From a virus: a stretch of DNA of 64,000 nucleotides. The notes under the pieces are model-generated. The model searched no databases. It was not told the DNA's origin and saw only the letters and a list, made by a program, of their open reading frames with translations. Below are positions 48,521-57,896 of this stretch, in pieces (the stretch's first letter is position 1; the number at the start of each line of letters is the position of its first letter). Where the stretch lies: the IMG/VR virus record IMGVR_UViG_3300013286_000010, positions 19,093 to 83,092 of that record; one strand, written 5' to 3'. Position numbers and translations under genes: made by a program.

Positions 48521-49606
48521 ATGTTGGACGCATTCAAACAATTAGTTGAGTCAGGTGTAATGACAGAAGAGACAACACAAGTTGTCGAAGCTGCCTTTGC
48601 TGCCAAGATTCAAGAGAATCGCGACCAAGTCACCGCAGAACTTCGTGAAGAATTCGCACAAAAGTATACACATGACAAACAAGTTATGGTAGAAGCGATC
48701 GACAAGATGTTAAGCGACAGATTGGCCGTAGAGATGGCTGAATTGCACAATGACAAGAAGGCTCTAGCTGAAGCAAAAGTAGCATACCAAACACGTATTG
48801 CTGAAGATGCTACCAAGTTAGAAGGTTTCATGATCACGCAATTAGGCAAAGAATTAGTTGAATTTCAAAATGACCGTAAAAAAGTTAGCGAGAATTTCAA
48901 CAAGTTAGAGCAGTTCGTTGTACATGCCCTAGCTAAAGAAATTGGAGAGTTTGCTGTTGATAAGAAGGACCTAGCTGAAACAAAAGTTAAGTTAGTTCGT
49001 GAAGCAAAGAGCAAGTTTGAAGAAATCAAACAAAGTTTCATTAAGCATAGTTCTAAAGTTGTAGAAGGTGTAGTCACTAAAAAGTTGACATCTGAAATCA
49101 AGCAATTGAAAGAAGATATTGACAGTGCTCGCACAAACGATTTTGGTCGTAAGATTTATGAAGCGTTTGCACAAGAATATTCTGGTTCTTATCTAAATGA
49201 GAAGTCTGAAACAAGTAAATTGTTGAAGATCATCGCAAAGAAAGATCAAGAATTATCTGAAGCTAAACAAGTTGTAGCAGAAAAAACTACCATTGTAGAA
49301 TCCAAGGAACGTGAAATTCGTATCCAGAAAGACTTAATGGAACGTAAGGCTGTTATGGCTGAATTATTGGCTCCTTTGGATGCCAGTAAGAGAGAGATTA
49401 TGAAAGAGCTTCTAGAGTCCACAGCGACAAAGAAACTTAACGAGTCTTTCGACAAGTACCTACCAGCAGTGATGGACGGACAGAAAAAATCTGCCCCTAA
49501 AAAGGCGTTAACTGAAAGTTCTGAAGTTACTGGAAATCGTGAAACCAAGCCTGAGGTAGGCTTAGATAACATTTTAGATATCCGCAAATTAGCGGGCCTA
49601 AAATAA
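48521..49606 (+). CDS. Prohead scaffolding protein, gp22-like
   Basis: 361-aa coiled-coil ORF between protease and capsid, with AGGAG RBS. Confidence 0.85.
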   Translation: MLDAFKQLVESGVMTEETTQVVEAAFAAKIQENRDQVTAELREEFAQKYTHDKQVMVEAIDKMLSDRLAVEMAELHNDKKALAEAKVAYQTRIAEDATKLEGFMITQLGKELVEFQNDRKKVSENFNKLEQFVVHALAKEIGEFAVDKKDLAETKVKLVREAKSKFEEIKQSFIKHSSKVVEGVVTKKLTSEIKQLKEDIDSARTNDFGRKIYEAFAQEYSGSYLNEKSETSKLLKIIAKKDQELSEAKQVVAEKTTIVESKEREIRIQKDLMERKAVMAELLAPLDASKREIMKELLESTATKKLNESFDKYLPAVMDGQKKSAPKKALTESSEVTGNRETKPEVGLDNILDIRKLAGLK

Positions 49607-49630
49607 TTTATATTCAAGGAGACAATTAAA

Positions 49631-50812
49631 ATGTCACAACTATTAAATGAAAGATGGTCAGAGACCAAAGAAGCTCTGCTTGAAGGCCTAACCGGTAACC
49701 GTAAAGCTTCGATGAACGTATGTTTAGAGAATACACGCCGCCATTTGGCTGAAAGCGCAACTGCTGGTGCAACATCTGCTGGTAACGTAGCTACACTTAA
49801 CCGTGTTATTCTACCGGTTATCCGTCGTGTTATGCCTACAGTTATTGCTAACGAAATCATCGGCGTTCAGCCAATGACAGGACCTGTTGCACAGATCCAC
49901 ACTCTACGTGTTCGTTATGCAGATGACGGTCAGAACGTATCAGCAGGTGAAGAAGCATTAAGCCCATTCAAGATTGCTGCTGCTTATTCTGGTAACAACG
50001 TTGATGCTTCTCCAAAAGCACAAACAACTGCTAACCTAGAAGGTACTCCAGGTAAGCGTATGAGCATTCAGATCTTGAAGAGCCCAGTTGAAGCAAAGAG
50101 CCGCAAGCTATCTGCTCGTTGGACTTTTGAAGCTGCTCAAGATGCACAAGCCCAACAAGGTATTGACATCGAAGCAGAAATTATGGCTGCTCTAGCACAA
50201 GAAATTACTGCTGAAATTGACCAAGAAATCCTAGCTAGCCTACGTGGCTTGGCATCTGTTGAAGAAACTTATGACCAATCTCTAGTTAGTGGTACTGCTA
50301 CTTTTGTTGGTGATGAGCACGCTGCTCTTGCTATCCAGATCAATCGCGTAAGCAACTTGATCGCTCAACGTACACGTCGTGGTTCTGGTAACTGGGCTGT
50401 TGTTTCTAACCAGGCTCTAACGATCCTTCAGTCTGCAACAACTAGTGCTTTTGCACGTACTACAGAAGGTACATTCGAAGCTCCTACAAACACAAAGTTT
50501 GTTGGTACATTGAACGGCGCAATGCGCATTTATGTTGACGCATATTTGAGCGATGCAACTGCTCAAAACGACAACCAAGTTCTAATCGGTTACAAAGGTG
50601 CTAGCGAAGCTGATGCGGCTGCATTCTATTGCCCTTACATTCCGTTGATGTCTTCTGGTGTTGTTCTTGATCCAGCAACATTCGAGCCAGTAGTTGGTTT
50701 CTTAACTCGTTACGGTTACGTCGAGTTGACAAACACAGCTTCCAGCTTGGGTAACGCTGCTGACTATCTAGGCAAAGTGTCTATCACTGCTGCTAAAGTT
50801 AGCTTCAAGTAA
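49631..50812 (+). CDS. Major capsid protein, T4 gp23-like
   Basis: RRVMP..IA.EI.GVQPMTGP, VEAKSRKL.A.WT.EAAQD, EI.AEID.EI, FYCPYIPL and P..G..TRYG. Confidence 0.97.
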   Translation: MSQLLNERWSETKEALLEGLTGNRKASMNVCLENTRRHLAESATAGATSAGNVATLNRVILPVIRRVMPTVIANEIIGVQPMTGPVAQIHTLRVRYADDGQNVSAGEEALSPFKIAAAYSGNNVDASPKAQTTANLEGTPGKRMSIQILKSPVEAKSRKLSARWTFEAAQDAQAQQGIDIEAEIMAALAQEITAEIDQEILASLRGLASVEETYDQSLVSGTATFVGDEHAALAIQINRVSNLIAQRTRRGSGNWAVVSNQALTILQSATTSAFARTTEGTFEAPTNTKFVGTLNGAMRIYVDAYLSDATAQNDNQVLIGYKGASEADAAAFYCPYIPLMSSGVVLDPATFEPVVGFLTRYGYVELTNTASSLGNAADYLGKVSITAAKVSFK

Positions 50813-50836
50813 TCAACTGCTAAAAGCAAAACAATT

Positions 50837-50858
50837 AACCTGCTTCGGCGGGTTTTTT
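50837..50858 (+). terminator. Intrinsic terminator after capsid gene
   Basis: AACCTGC-TTCG-GCGGGTT plus T run (cUUCGg loop). Confidence 0.85.
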
Positions 50859-50869
50859 GTTGACTATAC

Positions 50870-50877
50870 TATAAATA
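50870..50877 (+). promoter_or_regulatory. T4-type late promoter TATAAATA
   Basis: Exact consensus right after the terminator. Confidence 0.75.
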
Positions 50878-50948
50878 AACAGTCTAGATTATTATGCTGT
50901 ACCATCAGCGTAGGGCCTAGAACGCCATTAAACTCAAGGAGAAACAAA

Positions 50949-51605
50949 ATGGGACGTCCAATTAAAAAAACATTTTTCGGAAATTTAAACACAGGTGGCG
51001 CAGGAGCTGAAGCTGTTGCATCTGTTACATTATCTACAACATCGTTTGCTGTATCAACATTAACTGTTACAATGACTTTTTCAGCACCGCAGATTGCTGG
51101 TGGAGTAACAGCCGCAGGTACACCTGTAAAAACAGGAAATACTGTTACTAGCGTTACAATTACAGAAGCAGGTTCTGGTTACACCTCTGCACCAACTGTC
51201 GCTTTTACAGGCACTAATATGACAACACAAGGTGCTGGTACTGCTGTGCTAACAAGTGATCGCACCGATGCTATTTCTATTATCTCTTACTTGCCAACTG
51301 CTAGTCAGTCACAAACAGGTGGCGACATTATTAAACAAGAATCTAGTCGTCGTTATCTAGTTCGTAACAGTGACGGTTATGGTCAGTGTACTCTAACTAC
51401 TGGCACATTGACTGCTGGTTTTATGCATATTATTGCTGCTGACTTCTACGGCGGCACATACTATGTAACTAAACTAACTGCTCACAGAGCAGTTTTACAA
51501 GTTAGATCTAACACTAGCTCTTGCATCTACTCTAGTGGCAATGTTGCTCCATGGAACATCACTGCTGCTACAGGCACATACGTAACATTGAATCACACAA
51601 TTTAA
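50949..51605 (+). CDS. Virion structural protein, possibly head decoration
   Basis: AAGGAG RBS, SVTITEAGSGYTSAPTV motif, and its own late promoter and terminator. Confidence 0.75.
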   Translation: MGRPIKKTFFGNLNTGGAGAEAVASVTLSTTSFAVSTLTVTMTFSAPQIAGGVTAAGTPVKTGNTVTSVTITEAGSGYTSAPTVAFTGTNMTTQGAGTAVLTSDRTDAISIISYLPTASQSQTGGDIIKQESSRRYLVRNSDGYGQCTLTTGTLTAGFMHIIAADFYGGTYYVTKLTAHRAVLQVRSNTSSCIYSSGNVAPWNITAATGTYVTLNHTI

Positions 51606-51621
51606 TTGTTGCCTACTTGAT

Positions 51622-51646
51622 AAAAGGACTCTTCGGAGTCCTTTTT
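51622..51646 (+). terminator. Intrinsic terminator
   Basis: AAAAGGACTC-TTCG-GAGTCCTTTT(T). Confidence 0.88.
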
Positions 51647-51672
51647 CATTTACTACGCATAGTATCAAATTA

Positions 51673-51680
51673 GGTAAATA
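51673..51680 (+). promoter_or_regulatory. Late promoter (GGTAAATA), 5 nt before ATG
   Basis: TAAATA-CTGGT-ATG. Confidence 0.6.
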
Positions 51681-51685
51681 CTGGT

Positions 51686-52177
51686 ATGACCACTGAATGG
51701 ACGCTTCCCTCAATAATTTCTCAATTTGCCGAAGACGGTGGAGAAACAGCACATATATCCTGGACCGATCAATTTCCGATTAGTACAACGGGATTTCTAA
51801 TGCATATTGCCCGCGCCCCTAGACATGATATACAAATGAAAACGTATTATCTAAAGTTAACAGGATTTAATTTTCGCAATCTTCCAACAACATTGTCTGG
51901 AGTTGAGATGAGAATAACTGCTAGACGCAGAGGTAGAATTATGAACGAGACAATACAATTATGTATTGGTAATCGTGTAAGTGATAACCGTGCAACATTA
52001 CATATTGAACCTGTAGAAGTGTTTGGCGGAGCAACGGACCTATGGTCTATGAAAGATTTATCGTTAGTTGATGTAGCAGATAGTAATTTTGGGGTTGTAG
52101 TTAGACTCCAATCGCACACACATTGGCCCCACAAAGACGCAGCGATAGTAGATGCTGTTGAATTGCGAATTCATTAA
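51686..52177 (+). CDS. Putative beta-sandwich virion protein
   Basis: 163 aa with LTGFNF..LP....GVE...FGGATDLW....FGV pattern. Confidence 0.7.
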   Translation: MTTEWTLPSIISQFAEDGGETAHISWTDQFPISTTGFLMHIARAPRHDIQMKTYYLKLTGFNFRNLPTTLSGVEMRITARRRGRIMNETIQLCIGNRVSDNRATLHIEPVEVFGGATDLWSMKDLSLVDVADSNFGVVVRLQSHTHWPHKDAAIVDAVELRIH

Positions 52178-52180
52178 ACT

Positions 52181-52188
52181 AATAAATA
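52181..52188 (+). promoter_or_regulatory. Late promoter (AATAAATA)
   Basis: Upstream of the AAAGGA RBS and ATG 52206. Confidence 0.6.
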
Positions 52189-52205
52189 CTCTAAAGGAAT
52201 ATAAA

Positions 52206-55200
52206 ATGGCTAGAACGATCAGAGTATCAGGAACACTATCGACAAACCCGACGCCTGGTGCATCGTATAAAATTACCGCGCCCGACGGCAGCGTTACTAT
52301 TAGTTCTTCTAACACAAACATCATCAGTACCAGCCCTACTGGAAAATTTACAATTCAGACTCCGTCTGTTCAGCTAACAAGTCCTACACAATCTTATAGT
52401 TCGCAGACTGGTGCATTAACCGTTGCCGGCGGTGTTGGTATTGAAAAAGATTTATGGGTTGGTGGTATAATTCACGGCATTGTTGAAAATGCAGTTACAT
52501 CTACCCTATTAATTGTTACTGCTACTAACATTGATTCTGTCTTCTATCCAGTCTTTGTAGACCAATTAGGTACTGGTCGTCAATTAAGAGGCGACAATAT
52601 AGGCCAAGGTACTGATACATTCCGTGGCTTAACATATAATCCAGCACGTGGTTTGTTGAGAGCAGATAAAATGTTTGTTTCAGCAAGCACCGCATCTACT
52701 TCTCCTATCACAGGAGCATTCACTGTCACAGGTGGCGCTGGTATTTTAGGTAATGTTAATCTTGGTTCAAATTTAACTGTAGCAGGCAATGCCAATCCCG
52801 AACAAAATTTAAATTCTAATTTAGGTAACACTGCAACACAGTGGGCAGAGTCTTACTTAAATAAAATCTATACACAATTTATTTCTTCAACTGCTAGTAA
52901 CGTTCAGATTGCACCCGAAGGTGGCGTTACTGAAATCATTGGAGACATTCGTGTTCGTGGTACAAAACCAATTGGTACTGCACCTGTTGTTACTAATGTA
53001 TTGTATGTTACAATGGACGGTGATGATACTAACGACGGTCGTGCTCAAGATGCTAGCCGTGCTTGCCGTACAATTACTGGAGCTGTTAATAGTCCTTATT
53101 ATCAACCGGGCACACAGATCCGTGTTAGTCCTGGACATTATTTAGAAGACAACCCAATTCAACTGAAACCATATACAAGTATTATGGGTTCAGACATTCG
53201 TACTACAGGTGTTGAACCGATTAACAAGACACAAGACTTGTTCCATATGAATTCAGGATGCTACCTAGCGTTCATGCAATTCTTAAATGGACGTAGTGGT
53301 TTGTTAGAAGGAGCATATGAAGATAGATTTAATCGTGGAGCATATTGCACAGCATTCCCTCCATTGATCGGTGATGATAGAATTGATCTATATCATTCTC
53401 CATACATTCAAAACTGTACCAACCTTTCTGGCCCATGGTTAAAAGATGGTACATTGTTCACCCCGAACCAAACAGTTCAAGTGCCTACTGCTGTTGGTAC
53501 AGGAACTTGGGTAATTAATACAACTAGCATCGTAGTAAACGTAGCGTCTGGCACGATTAAGCAAGGCGACTATGTCAATGCTGGACAACAAAATCCAGGA
53601 TTCTTCAATGCTCGAACATTGTTGTTGGCCAGCAAACCATTCTTACAAGAACAAGTTGTTGCACATGTTAACAGTAGCTATCCTGGATTTGTTTATAATC
53701 AAGAAAAATGTTTTAGAGATGTTGGTATCCTTATAGAGAATGCTGCATACGATGCAGCATTTGGCGGTAATGAAAAATCTGTTGAAAGTGGTTTAGCATA
53801 TTTTAACGGAGTAGTAAGTGTTATTGCTGGTCAAGAAATACAAACCACTAATGCTATCAATTACCTTCGTGATCGTTGTTTAGAAGTTATTACTAATACT
53901 CCTTGCACTAATACGATTTCTGGAAAATATTCTCAAGTTAGAAATACAGTATTAATAGGTGGCGGTGTTGCATCCGATTCAATAACAAATCTATTTGGTA
54001 TTGTTACAACAATTATTAATAACGGTCCATCAGCTGCTCCAAAAATTTATAAGAGCACTGGGCCAGATGCAGCATTTGTTAGTGCTGAAATTTTAATGCA
54101 AGCCAACAGAGCTTTCATGCAAGAAGATACTATCAATTATATCAATTATAATTTATGTGTACCTCCTAAAACATTGCCATACAACAAAATTAAATGCAAA
54201 CGAGATGTTGGATTAATTGTAGATTCTGTTGCATTTGATTTGTTATATACAACTTCAAGTCAAACAACATTTGCCGGTTTACAATATTGGAACCAAAACG
54301 GTTATGTAGGTACAATTGCAGGTGAACTTACAACTACAACCGCCGCAGTTAGCTATCTAAAAGAGTTAGCAGTTAAAGTTATACAAAATATTACACCTGC
54401 TGACGATTTAGTAACTCGTTATCAGACCAGTACTCCGCAGAATACTAGTTTAGAAGCAGCTACAGCAGAAGAAGCAACAATTATTATAAAAGAATTTAAT
54501 ATTATTCTTGACATTCTTGGCGGAAATAGTTTAGGATGGTCTGATAAAATTATTCCTAATGGTCGCTCTAGTGAATTTTTAAGTGTACGAAATGCTGTCG
54601 CAATTTTAGAAGCCAACAAAAATTACATGAAGGCAGAAGTTATTGCATATATCGATGCATTGAATGTAGGATTTTTAGATGCTCACAATGCAAGGACAAA
54701 ATATATCCGAGACATTGGTTATATGATTGATTCTGTTGCATTTGATTTGTTGCATGGTGGCAATAGACAAGCTGTTCAATCTGGTCTAGCATATTATGCC
54801 CCTGATCTAGGAACTATTACTATTCAGGCACAAGAAGTAGCAACAACTAATGCATTTACTTATTTGGCTACTATTGCAGGTAATATTGTACAAAATATTA
54901 AAATTAGTCCGTTACAAACACGAGTAAAACAAAATACTTTGTTGACTACTGCTACATCTGCCGAAGCTACATTGATTGCTAACGCGGTTTCTACAGTAAC
55001 AAATATCATAAACAACGGTCCAGTTGGCTACAAATACAGCCCTATGTCATTAACTGAATCTGGTTCTGCAAATGTTGCTAACGCATTTAATATATTATTG
55101 GCCAACAGAGCATTCATACAGGCAGAAGTTGTTGCTTATATTGATAAGACATACAATCCTAATTCGTTTAGTTATGACGAAGAACTATGCTACAGAGATA

Positions 55201-57491
55201 CTGGCTTGTTAATTGACGCAGTTAGTCAAGATATCTTATTAGGCGGTAACAGCAAATCTATCGAAGCCGGTCTTGCATATTGGAATCAAGGTTATAATTC
55301 TATAGCAGGACAAGAGACTACCACTACAATGGCAATTAATCACATCCGAGATATTGCTCTACAGATTATTGCAAATGAAGCTGTTACTGCACAGACTGGA
55401 ACATTGTCTACACAGGTAATTAATCACTTCTTTGATTACGGCGGCGATTACATGCCACAACAAGCTGTAAGTCGTAATTTCAATATTATTACGATTATTA
55501 TTCAAGAAGGTCCTGAATATGCGCCGCCTGTATATCAAGGTGGTGGTATCTTTGCATTAACCGGTATCAACGGACTAGATGTTAAGACTGCTCCTCAGGT
55601 TACTTCTGTTAGTACAATTACAGTTGGCAAATATCTAGTAGGGTTGAATACTGCTACTATTGGTTTTGGAACTAACTCAACATTATACTTTGGTGAAACA
55701 TTAGTATTCCCTAAACAAGATTTTGAAGTTGCAGCAATGAGTTTAGAATTGACAGGTGATGCAACTACATGGAACAGCAGAAAAGTTGATCCTATTGGCG
55801 GCATGGGTGGTAGTCTAGTAGACGGCGCTGTTATTAGTGCTCGTAGTCCTATCCAATCTTTTGTTTATGATGCGTTTACACAACTAACACAAGGCGGTCA
55901 CGGTGTTAAGATCACTAATGATGGTTATGCGCAGTTAGTTTCTGTGTTTACAATCTTCTCAAGTGTTGGAGTTCAAGTTACCAATGGTGGTATTGCTTCT
56001 ATTGTTAACAGTAACGCTAACTTTGGTGATGTTTGCTTATTGGCAAAAGGTTACGGAGAAAGAAAGTTTAGCGGTACAATTTATAATCCAGTATTTAAGG
56101 CTTATCCAAAAGGTACTGATTTAGATCAATATTACCCTGCAGGCTATTGGCCAAACAATGCTCGCGTTGAAGTGTTCTTACCAGATACAGGTGATAGACC
56201 ACACATTTCTCTAGTAATGGAAGTACTTCCTCCAGACGGTCATACTAACGAGCAAGGATTCCCCGGATTCCTAAACGCTGTCCCTAACCTAGCAACGCTG
56301 AATACTGGTACAATTACTATCACTGGTATTAATACTGACGGTATTGCAATTGGCAATACATTGTACATTAGAGATCAAAATGCTAGTACTGTAGATTCAA
56401 GCGGAACACCATATGTAGCTACTGGAACAGTTGTTACTGATCTAGGTTATCAGAGTGTTACACTAAATCTTGCATTAACAGGTGGCGGCGGCGAAATTGG
56501 CAATCCTAATTTCTTTAACTTATATTTTTGTGGAAATGCTTACTATACAGTATTAAGCAGTGAAGTGGCTGAAAATCCAAAGACTGCTGGATTGAATTTA
56601 TTGTCAGCAGCCAGTACCGGCGGCACTGATCAAATCGCGCAACACACTCTTGCATTACAACGTTTAAATATTATTGTTGATCAAGTTATTAGTAACACCA
56701 CTGTGACAAGAATGTCCACATCCACACAAACTAAACTTCCATTAGTAACTGGTGGTGGGGCAGCACAAACATTTATTGATCTACGATTTGGAGAAATAAT
56801 CAGTATATTTGGTGCTGCTAATCTAGCGGCAGCTGAAGCAGTTATTCCTGTTAAGTTAAGAACAAAAACTGGCCCTGCTGTACAAGGCGCAGGTTCTGCA
56901 ATTACACTAATTAAAGCCAATATAGATTTTATGGCTGACGAAATACTTGCCTATATTACAGGTGACATTGGATCAGGCGGTTTAGATTTTACAAATTTTA
57001 ACCAAGATAAATGTAAGAGAGACATTAAGATTATTTTACAAAGATTGATCTACGATATTGAAACTGGCGGTAGATATAATAGTGTTATGAACGGATTGAG
57101 CTACTGGTCAAGAGACGCCACGCATCATTTAATATCTTTAGGAGAAAATGTAAGACGTACTGATCTATTCCCAGACGGTTCTACTGTTAACTTCTACCAA
57201 CGTAGTTACATCAGCGCATCTGGATATGTATTTGAATATGTAGGTGCCGGAACTAACTATGGTGCATTACCACAAGTAGGTCGCGCAGATCCTGTACAAG
57301 GAAAAGAAACAGTTCAGTTAGGCAGCGGTAAAGTATTCTTTACAAGTACTGATCAGAACGGTGACTTCCGTATTGGTCCAGGATTAGTTATTAGTCAAGC
57401 AACAGGTGTTCTGAGTGGTAGAACATTTACTAAATCGTTATTCGCTAACATGACACCGTTCATCCTAGCAATTGAAGGTGGAAACCTATAA
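52206..57491 (+). CDS. Large virion appendage protein: fibre N-terminus, pectin-lyase-like beta-helix and five phycobiliprotein-like repeats
   Basis: ATG 52206 with RBS (1761 aa). LYV..DG.D.NDG...RTI..A...PG.Y.E beta-helix start and KC.RD.G...D....GGN repeats. Confidence 0.8.
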   Translation: MARTIRVSGTLSTNPTPGASYKITAPDGSVTISSSNTNIISTSPTGKFTIQTPSVQLTSPTQSYSSQTGALTVAGGVGIEKDLWVGGIIHGIVENAVTSTLLIVTATNIDSVFYPVFVDQLGTGRQLRGDNIGQGTDTFRGLTYNPARGLLRADKMFVSASTASTSPITGAFTVTGGAGILGNVNLGSNLTVAGNANPEQNLNSNLGNTATQWAESYLNKIYTQFISSTASNVQIAPEGGVTEIIGDIRVRGTKPIGTAPVVTNVLYVTMDGDDTNDGRAQDASRACRTITGAVNSPYYQPGTQIRVSPGHYLEDNPIQLKPYTSIMGSDIRTTGVEPINKTQDLFHMNSGCYLAFMQFLNGRSGLLEGAYEDRFNRGAYCTAFPPLIGDDRIDLYHSPYIQNCTNLSGPWLKDGTLFTPNQTVQVPTAVGTGTWVINTTSIVVNVASGTIKQGDYVNAGQQNPGFFNARTLLLASKPFLQEQVVAHVNSSYPGFVYNQEKCFRDVGILIENAAYDAAFGGNEKSVESGLAYFNGVVSVIAGQEIQTTNAINYLRDRCLEVITNTPCTNTISGKYSQVRNTVLIGGGVASDSITNLFGIVTTIINNGPSAAPKIYKSTGPDAAFVSAEILMQANRAFMQEDTINYINYNLCVPPKTLPYNKIKCKRDVGLIVDSVAFDLLYTTSSQTTFAGLQYWNQNGYVGTIAGELTTTTAAVSYLKELAVKVIQNITPADDLVTRYQTSTPQNTSLEAATAEEATIIIKEFNIILDILGGNSLGWSDKIIPNGRSSEFLSVRNAVAILEANKNYMKAEVIAYIDALNVGFLDAHNARTKYIRDIGYMIDSVAFDLLHGGNRQAVQSGLAYYAPDLGTITIQAQEVATTNAFTYLATIAGNIVQNIKISPLQTRVKQNTLLTTATSAEATLIANAVSTVTNIINNGPVGYKYSPMSLTESGSANVANAFNILLANRAFIQAEVVAYIDKTYNPNSFSYDEELCYRDTGLLIDAVSQDILLGGNSKSIEAGLAYWNQGYNSIAGQETTTTMAINHIRDIALQIIANEAVTAQTGTLSTQVINHFFDYGGDYMPQQAVSRNFNIITIIIQEGPEYAPPVYQGGGIFALTGINGLDVKTAPQVTSVSTITVGKYLVGLNTATIGFGTNSTLYFGETLVFPKQDFEVAAMSLELTGDATTWNSRKVDPIGGMGGSLVDGAVISARSPIQSFVYDAFTQLTQGGHGVKITNDGYAQLVSVFTIFSSVGVQVTNGGIASIVNSNANFGDVCLLAKGYGERKFSGTIYNPVFKAYPKGTDLDQYYPAGYWPNNARVEVFLPDTGDRPHISLVMEVLPPDGHTNEQGFPGFLNAVPNLATLNTGTITITGINTDGIAIGNTLYIRDQNASTVDSSGTPYVATGTVVTDLGYQSVTLNLALTGGGGEIGNPNFFNLYFCGNAYYTVLSSEVAENPKTAGLNLLSAASTGGTDQIAQHTLALQRLNIIVDQVISNTTVTRMSTSTQTKLPLVTGGGAAQTFIDLRFGEIISIFGAANLAAAEAVIPVKLRTKTGPAVQGAGSAITLIKANIDFMADEILAYITGDIGSGGLDFTNFNQDKCKRDIKIILQRLIYDIETGGRYNSVMNGLSYWSRDATHHLISLGENVRRTDLFPDGSTVNFYQRSYISASGYVFEYVGAGTNYGALPQVGRADPVQGKETVQLGSGKVFFTSTDQNGDFRIGPGLVISQATGVLSGRTFTKSLFANMTPFILAIEGGNL

Positions 57492-57500
57492 GGAAATATC

Positions 57501-57884
57501 ATGGCATTAATTCCATTAAACACATTTAAAACAAAGACCGCAGTGTTAGGTAGTAATTCTACTAGCACAGTATATACAGCACCAGTTGGTGTTACAAGTA
57601 TTATATTGATGGCACAGGTAGCAAACTTAACTACTCAAACTCAAACATTAAATTTTGTTCATCATAGAAACAGACCAATATTAGCAGATGCACAAGGTAA
57701 TGGCAGACAAGATGCTAACATAGACAGTCCATTGGTTAGAAACTTTTTAGTGCCTGCGGGCGATGCTGCTAGTGTATTAAGTGGCAAACTAATTATCGAA
57801 AGTTTAGACAGCATTAGAGCATATAGCGGAAACACTGGAACATTACAATTAGTATTGAGTATTCTAGAAACAGCAAACGAATAA
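57501..57884 (+). CDS. Small virion structural protein
   Basis: 127 aa with AAGGA RBS and VYTAP.GVTSI.L...VAN motif. Confidence 0.75.
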   Translation: MALIPLNTFKTKTAVLGSNSTSTVYTAPVGVTSIILMAQVANLTTQTQTLNFVHHRNRPILADAQGNGRQDANIDSPLVRNFLVPAGDAASVLSGKLIIESLDSIRAYSGNTGTLQLVLSILETANE

Positions 57885-57896
57885 TAGAGACGTATA

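Noticed and set aside
49246-49860. 204-aa minus-strand ORF and other short antisense ORFs in the track (e.g. 46967-47392, 9443-9847, 39009-39377)
   Set aside because: They are shadows of well-supported genes on the opposite strand and have no recognisable motifs.
52152-52205. Upstream ORF-track starts at 52152, 46833, 39792 and 482
   Set aside because: Downstream ATGs (52206, 46863, 39828, 494) have RBSs or stop/start overlaps and avoid overlapping upstream genes or promoters.
53600-57110. Calling the phage a cyanophage because of the phycobiliprotein-like repeats
   Set aside because: No photosynthesis or bilin-synthesis genes are in the window, and ThyA plus a lambda-type lysozyme fit a proteobacterial host at least as well. 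The host is undetermined.
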